A stretch of 20,000 bases of DNA from an uncultured virus (IMG/VR IMGVR_UViG_3300037424_001446) (lineage: Duplodnaviria > Heunggongvirae > Uroviricota > Caudoviricetes): IMG/VR virus record IMGVR_UViG_3300037424_001446, one strand, 5' to 3'. The position numbers and the translations under genes are program-made. The notes below the pieces were generated by a model. It saw only the letters and a program-made list of their open reading frames with translations, was not told the origin of the DNA and did not search any database. Positions 15,258-20,000 of the stretch are shown here, piece after piece. How positions within the stretch are numbered: the first letter of the stretch is position 1; the number at the start of each line of letters is the position of its first letter.

Positions 15258-15603
15258 CGAAGAAACAGCAATGTTTATCGAAGGTTTGAAAAAGAATCTA
15301 ACTCAAAATTCACCAATCTATGTAAAGACCTGCGTTCGGTTAGCGGATGAAAATGCCCGCCTGCAAGCTGAGCGGGGGGGGTTGAGGGCGGCGCTCATTC
15401 GCCTGGGTGAGGGTGCTTACCAATCCGAGATTGTTGATACGGAGATGGAAGAAAGTGAGCGCGCCAATCCTTATTTCGACAAAGACGAATGGATTAACGA
15501 TTGGATAGCCGAACAGATTGAGCTGGAAGGCCCGGATATTCTGAGCGAATGGCCTTACACGCGGGCGGGGCAGCAGGCGGAGAGCGGAGGAGGGGAGGAG
15601 TAG
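15253..15603 (+). CDS. Hypothetical acidic phage protein
   Basis: Start re-assigned to MDEETAMF at 15253, 1 nt after the previous stop, with a purine-rich RBS. Confidence 0.7.
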   Translation: MDEETAMFIEGLKKNLTQNSPIYVKTCVRLADENARLQAERGGLRAALIRLGEGAYQSEIVDTEMEESERANPYFDKDEWINDWIAEQIELEGPDILSEWPYTRAGQQAESGGGEE

Positions 15604-15611
15604 AAGAGATA

Positions 15612-16151
15612 ATGGCGCAGATGCAATTGCTAAAGATGCCGCTTGACCGGGGCGATGTGGTTTATACCCCTGATTGGGTTGCCCGTGATATGGTGGACTT
15701 CTTCAAGCCAACGGGGAGGATACTTGAGCCATGCAAGGGCGATGGAGCGTTCCTGAAATACTTACCGCCGCAAACGGAGTGGTGTGAGATTACTGAGGGC
15801 CGGGACTTCTTCGCCTGGACGGAGCCGGTGGATTGGATTGTTGGAAACCCACCTTATAAACAGTTTAGAAAATTCCTGGGATACTCTTATCAATTGGCTA
15901 AGGATATTGTTTTCTTCATTCCGATTGATAAGCCTTTCAATTCGCTCCCAAGCCTTACGGTATGGCAATCATTTGGAGGCATTGTTTCAATGCGAGTTTA
16001 TGGCAGACCTGGTGAAGTTGGTTTTGAAGTTCACAGGCCAATGGCTGCGTTTCAATTCAGGCGCGGCTACACCGGTCCGATGTACACCACGTTTGCGGAG
16101 CGGGTTGAATTTACGCAAGAGCAGGCGCGATCAGCGCGGAAAGGGAAATAG
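15612..16151 (+). CDS. Minimal gamma-class N6-adenine DNA methyltransferase
   Basis: Motif X VYTP, motif I ILEPCKGDGAF, DFF and motif IV WIVGNPPY; about 179 aa. Start re-assigned to 15612. Confidence 0.85.
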   Translation: MAQMQLLKMPLDRGDVVYTPDWVARDMVDFFKPTGRILEPCKGDGAFLKYLPPQTEWCEITEGRDFFAWTEPVDWIVGNPPYKQFRKFLGYSYQLAKDIVFFIPIDKPFNSLPSLTVWQSFGGIVSMRVYGRPGEVGFEVHRPMAAFQFRRGYTGPMYTTFAERVEFTQEQARSARKGK

Positions 16152-16157
16152 GATGGA
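16121..16157 (+). repeat. 37-bp direct repeat, copy 2
   Basis: GCAGGCGCGATCAGCGCGGAAAGGGAAATAGGATGGA, exactly 900 bp after copy 1. Confidence 0.95.
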
Positions 16158-16383
16158 TAAATCTATCCTTGTACTGATAATTGGGGTTGTTTGGGTCATG
16201 CTGGGCATCCTGATCTTGATCGTTGATGCCCGTATAAACGCTAAAGTGCATTCCAATTGGGAAGCCTGGGCAATCGTTATCCTGTACCCATTCATCCTGA
16301 TCGGGGTGCTTCTCGGGAAGATCTTCCGCCTGGGGGATGCCATTGCCGATCTGGCCGGCTTGAAAAGGCATGGGGATAAATGA
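16153..16383 (+). CDS. Small two-TM membrane protein
   Basis: MDKSILVLIIGVVWVMLGILILIV...WAIVILYPFILIGVLLG; start re-assigned to 16153; ATGA-coupled to the next gene. Confidence 0.75.
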   Translation: MDKSILVLIIGVVWVMLGILILIVDARINAKVHSNWEAWAIVILYPFILIGVLLGKIFRLGDAIADLAGLKRHGDK

Positions 16384-17360
16384 TATCCATCCTGAACGCC
16401 AATGCCCGCGCTATCCCCATAGCCGACAAAACTTTCCAGACCTGTATTACTTCTCCGCCTTATTGGCAGAAGCGGGATTATGGCGTAGCCGCTCAGATTG
16501 GTTGGGAAGCAACTCCCGATGAATATGTAGCCGTTATGGTTTCAATATTTCGTGAGGTTTGGCGGGCATTGCGCGATGATGGAACGCTCTGGCTTAATCT
16601 CGGAGATACTTATGCGGGGGGAGGGCGCGGGCGAGGTGAAAAAGAGTATGCCGGCCCTCACCAATCACACAATAATGGCAGCATCCACTTAGAGTCTGTG
16701 CCCGTTCCACCTGGGATGAAACGAAAAGACCTGGTAGGGATACCCTGGATGGTTGCTTTTGCGCTCCGGGCGGATGGCTGGTATTTGCGTTCGGATATTA
16801 TATGGGATAAAACCAATGGCATGACTGAAAGCGTAAAAGATCGCCCAACATGCTCCCATGAATATTTCTTCTTACTTTCGAAGTCGAGAAAGTATTATTA
16901 CGACTATGAGGCGATACAAGAACAAGGAACAGAATACGAAATATTAAGAAGAAAAAGGGAATTGGCGCAAGGGTTGAATAAAAGCTATAAAATCGCTTCA
17001 GATGGCAATGGAGCGGCAGCTCATTCAGAAGGCGGAGTAATTAAGAATTTGCGGCGCCGGCAAGAATTGGTCGCAACCGGAAAGCGGAATAGGCGATCCG
17101 TATGGACCGTTTCAACTGTTCCCTATACCGGGGCTCATTTTGCAACCTTCCCGCCAGATCTGATAAGGCCCTGTATCCTGGCCGGCAGCCGGGCCGGGGA
17201 TTGGATACTTGATCCTTTCGCCGGATCTGGCACGGTTGGCCAGGTAGCGGGCGAATATGGAAGATCGTTCATTGGCCTAGACCTGAAAATGGAATACAGC
17301 CAATTGGCTCTGAAACGAACTGAAGAGATAAGTAAACAAACAGTGATGGATTTTGAGTGA
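16380..17360 (+). CDS. Beta-class amino (N4-C/N6-A) DNA methyltransferase
   Basis: TSPPY, RALRDDGTLWLNLGD, KDLVGIPWMVAFAL, DIIWDK, SHEYFFLL, HFATFPP and ILDPFAGSGT. Confidence 0.95.
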   Translation: MISILNANARAIPIADKTFQTCITSPPYWQKRDYGVAAQIGWEATPDEYVAVMVSIFREVWRALRDDGTLWLNLGDTYAGGGRGRGEKEYAGPHQSHNNGSIHLESVPVPPGMKRKDLVGIPWMVAFALRADGWYLRSDIIWDKTNGMTESVKDRPTCSHEYFFLLSKSRKYYYDYEAIQEQGTEYEILRRKRELAQGLNKSYKIASDGNGAAAHSEGGVIKNLRRRQELVATGKRNRRSVWTVSTVPYTGAHFATFPPDLIRPCILAGSRAGDWILDPFAGSGTVGQVAGEYGRSFIGLDLKMEYSQLALKRTEEISKQTVMDFE

Positions 17361-17637
17361 TGATCAATCGAGAATAATACGGAGGGCCGAAATGATAAAT
17401 GTTCGGATCGTTGATAATAATGGCCTGACCGCCCTTTGTACGATTTCAGGGCCGGCATACGAATTTCGGGATGATCTTACCCGCCTGAAAACCGCCGTTC
17501 CTTATGCAGATCGGGATTTTGTCCAGGAAGCCGAACCGAAATATTTTCGGGTAAGAAACGCCGAAAAATATGCCGATGCTGTTGTAGAGATAGGCGATGC
17601 GATCAAGGTATATAAACGACAACTCAGAATGTTTTAG
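17353..17637 (+). CDS. Hypothetical phage protein
   Basis: 94 aa with TTG start (alternative ATG near 17392 after GGAGG), in operon. Confidence 0.65.
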   Translation: MSDDQSRIIRRAEMINVRIVDNNGLTALCTISGPAYEFRDDLTRLKTAVPYADRDFVQEAEPKYFRVRNAEKYADAVVEIGDAIKVYKRQLRMF

Positions 17638-17655
17638 AGATATGAGGCAATTATA

Positions 17656-18366
17656 ATGCCGGCTCCGACTTTGATCTATTGTGCCGATGGTAATTCCAGG
17701 CTGGCTCAGATAGCGATTAATGCAGGCTGGCTCTATGGTGCTCAATTGCCGCGTACAATCTATTTCGATCCTTATTTCGTAGACCAAAATTGGAAGAAAT
17801 ATCAGAAGGCATTGGAGAGAAGTCAAGAAAAAGCCGATAACTTGAGAGATAAATACTTTGACGCGTTGAAATCTTATCGCCCCTATATGGCATCCGTTTT
17901 GGATTGGGAAAGAACTGATCAACTATGCGAGGTGCTATCATGGGCTGAAGAAATTGCCAGATACGTTGAAGTTGTGATGATTATTCCAAAAGTACAGGGA
18001 GGGATACCATTGCTGCCGCGTACGATCGGTGGAAAGAGAATTCGGCTGGGGTATTCGATACCCACGGGCCATGGGGGAACCGGGGTGCCCTATTCGGATT
18101 TCCGCGGCTGGGATGTTCACTTATTGGGAGGAAGCCCCCATAAACAAATGTATTTGACCGGCTTTATGAGTGTTGTCAGCGTTGATGGCAATATGCATAA
18201 TAAGATGGCTCATAAAAATCGTTTCTGGCGGCATGAGAAAGGTGAGAGGGGCCATTGGGTAAATCTTTATGAGGTCGGAGATAGGGGCTGGGGAAAGGAC
18301 TCGAATTATGAGGCGTTTCGCCGGTCTTGCGAAAACATCTATCAATGCTGGCAACAATCACACTAA
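17656..18366 (+). CDS. Putative TGT/DpdA-like TIM-barrel protein (resembles DUF6610 family)
   Basis: YFVDQNWK, VLDWE, MIIPKV, RLGYSIPT, VHLLGGSP (18115-18138) and SVDGN (18178-18192). The HLLG...S.D pair recalls the C-terminal strands of tRNA-guanine transglycosylase-like folds. Confidence 0.5.
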   Translation: MPAPTLIYCADGNSRLAQIAINAGWLYGAQLPRTIYFDPYFVDQNWKKYQKALERSQEKADNLRDKYFDALKSYRPYMASVLDWERTDQLCEVLSWAEEIARYVEVVMIIPKVQGGIPLLPRTIGGKRIRLGYSIPTGHGGTGVPYSDFRGWDVHLLGGSPHKQMYLTGFMSVVSVDGNMHNKMAHKNRFWRHEKGERGHWVNLYEVGDRGWGKDSNYEAFRRSCENIYQCWQQSH

Positions 18367-18396
18367 AGAAGCGCGGAGGAAATAATAATTAATCTC

Positions 18397-18984
18397 ATGG
18401 ATCATCCCGAAGCCTATAAAATTGCTCAGAATCTAATGGATACCCTGGCGCCAGGATGCGAACGGATAGAAATTGCCGGCAGCTTGCGGAGGATGCGGCC
18501 CACGGTCAAAGATATCGAGCTGGTTGCCATTCCGGCGATCATCAACCAGCCGGATCTATTTGGTAATCCGATCAAAACTACAAACCGGATCATCGAACTC
18601 TTGGAGCGATTAGAAAAGGCTAAGCGGATCCGTTTTGATAAAGGCCAATTCAAATATCGCCAATACTTCGTTTTTGAACATGCCATTGCTCTTGATCTGT
18701 TTATGGTAACTCCGCCAGCGTTTTGGGGTGTTATCTTTACCCAAAGGACCGGCCCATGGGAGTTTTCAAAACTCATGGTCACCCAGCGCAGCCGGGGCGG
18801 GTTTTTGCCCTCTTACGCTCAGGTTAAACAGGGGGTTGTTTACCAGCATGGGAAGCCTGTTCCCATGCCGGAAGAGCAAGATTTCTTCCGGTTTTGTGGA
18901 TTGCCTTACATAGATCCGCCTGACCGCGACGAGGCTGCTCAAACCCCGAAAGAATTATATGGCCGCTACCTTGGACTCAGATAA
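18397..18984 (+). CDS. Minimal family X DNA polymerase / nucleotidyltransferase (palm plus thumb only)
   Basis: IEIAGSLRR (18478-18492), KDIELV (18511-18519), LDLF, RTGPWEFS, EEQDFFRFCGLPYIDPPDR. 195 aa with no lyase or PHP domain. Confidence 0.88.
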   Translation: MDHPEAYKIAQNLMDTLAPGCERIEIAGSLRRMRPTVKDIELVAIPAIINQPDLFGNPIKTTNRIIELLERLEKAKRIRFDKGQFKYRQYFVFEHAIALDLFMVTPPAFWGVIFTQRTGPWEFSKLMVTQRSRGGFLPSYAQVKQGVVYQHGKPVPMPEEQDFFRFCGLPYIDPPDRDEAAQTPKELYGRYLGLR

Positions 18985-19171
18985 AGAACGGATCCGCAAT
19001 ATAAAAATTTCGATCGATGCCCTAACACGCGCCATGAAACCCCTGGCATTCAACTATCGTCTATATGAAAAATGGCAGGTGGAATCGGCCCATGGGCATT
19101 GGCAGCTTTATCGGAAATACCAATCAGCCAAAGAATATTGGGAAAGGATCATCAATGAGCGCACTAAATAA
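18959..19171 (+). CDS. Hypothetical phage protein
   Basis: 70 aa, bridges the polX-like gene and the next gene with overlaps. Confidence 0.55.
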   Translation: MAATLDSDKERIRNIKISIDALTRAMKPLAFNYRLYEKWQVESAHGHWQLYRKYQSAKEYWERIINERTK

Positions 19172-19628
19172 AAGTCAGCATGCCGGAGCGGAGTGGATAG
19201 TCAAAGCTCTAAAAACGGAAATATCCCCTTTTGGCGCCCGCGTGGCGGATCTGCTGGGATATGCCTTTGATGGCATTTACCATCTGGAAGATAAGGCCCT
19301 GGCCAAAGTGGATTGGACCTCCCCCAGCTATATAAAATTTCATCTGTATGCCAAAGGCGGTTTGGCAACTTATGATTTTGGCACTCTAACTAAGCTGGTT
19401 TTCCTGGCGCATGAATTTTGTGTCAGACTTTCAATTAAGCCGTGCAATATGCAGCATGTTTATCTAATCTTCTCACCGCGCCAGAGAGAGGGGGATTTCA
19501 GCCAATACCATCCCACCATAACCGCCGCAAGTGATAAATTCCTTGTGGATTTTGGGGGATTTAATTTCGTAGATGGCAATTGGATGGCTGAAGCATGGGA
19601 AAGGATTGCATCCGAATCGAAAACATGA
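19155..19628 (+). CDS. Hypothetical phage protein
   Basis: Start re-assigned to MSALNK (ATG 19155 after GAAAGGA). Contains VADLLG..F.GIYHL and LATYDF..LTKLVFLAHE.CVR. Confidence 0.75.
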   Translation: MSALNKSQHAGAEWIVKALKTEISPFGARVADLLGYAFDGIYHLEDKALAKVDWTSPSYIKFHLYAKGGLATYDFGTLTKLVFLAHEFCVRLSIKPCNMQHVYLIFSPRQREGDFSQYHPTITAASDKFLVDFGGFNFVDGNWMAEAWERIASESKT

Positions 19629-19640
19629 TATAAACTATTT

Positions 19641-20000
19641 ATGAGTAACCAGGGCCGATTTCTAATACTTCTAATCTTGATTTTATCTTTGGCGGCTTGC
19701 GATGGGGAAGCGGGGTTGTATGCTCCGGATCCCTATTTGGATCAGGCAAACGCTCAGGCTACCACGAACGCGGCCAGAGCCCGCCAGATCGCAACTCAGG
19801 CAGCCGTGGAAATAGCGGCCCAAAACGCAACCATGCAAGCGGCCCAAACTGCCGGCGCGTCTGAAGCGGAGATCCGCCGCCTGGGAATGGAAATCACAGC
19901 AACCGCCGCGGCCTGGCAGGTGGGCGCCATGCGGGCGGAAGCGACCGCGGCCGCTCATCTTACCGCAACCGCCGCGCCCATGACCGCTACCGCCCAGGCG
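19641..20000 (+). CDS. Predicted lipoprotein, Ala/Thr/Gln-rich (3' partial, not in ORF track)
   Basis: Hand translation MSNQGRFLILLILILSLAAC-DGEAGLYAPDPYLDQANAQATTNAA...TATAAPMTATAQA; lipobox LAAC; open to the window end. Confidence 0.8.
   Translation, partial: MSNQGRFLILLILILSLAACDGEAGLYAPDPYLDQANAQATTNAARARQIATQAAVEIAAQNATMQAAQTAGASEAEIRRLGMEITATAAAWQVGAMRAEATAAAHLTATAAPMTATAQA

Larger units (their letters stand above)
1..20000. mobile_element. Tailed phage / prophage genome segment (packaging, early, replication and DNA-modification modules)
   Basis: Terminase-portal-head morphogenesis gene order, HTH genes, replication initiator with internal origin, orphan methyltransferases and many small overlapping ORFs. 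No host housekeeping genes. Confidence 0.95.

Overview
The whole window reads as part of a tailed-phage (Caudoviricetes) or prophage genome with two divergent, densely packed arms that meet at back-to-back sigma70-type promoters (~10140-10207). The leftward arm carries small early-type genes (including a DdrB-like ssDNA-binding candidate and an ASCH-like protein), a terminator, two HGGxSTG zinc-finger genes (one the probable small terminase), a large terminase with non-canonical Walker A/B motifs, the portal, and a MuF-like head-morphogenesis protein fused to a JAB/MPN domain. That last ORF runs off the window edge and is absent from the ORF track. The rightward arm carries an XRE HTH gene, a wHTH gene, and a replication initiator containing a structured origin (two palindromes, an AT-rich tract and four tandem DnaA boxes). 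It continues with a metallopeptidase-FtsK-gamma fusion, three DNA methyltransferases (one inside a cassette bounded by a 37-bp direct repeat), a TGT/DpdA-like candidate next to a minimal family X polymerase, and an Ala/Thr/Gln-rich lipoprotein that hints at a Chloroflexota host. No integrase, cI-type repressor, RNA gene or CRISPR array was seen. All family calls come from motif recognition by eye; no searches were run.
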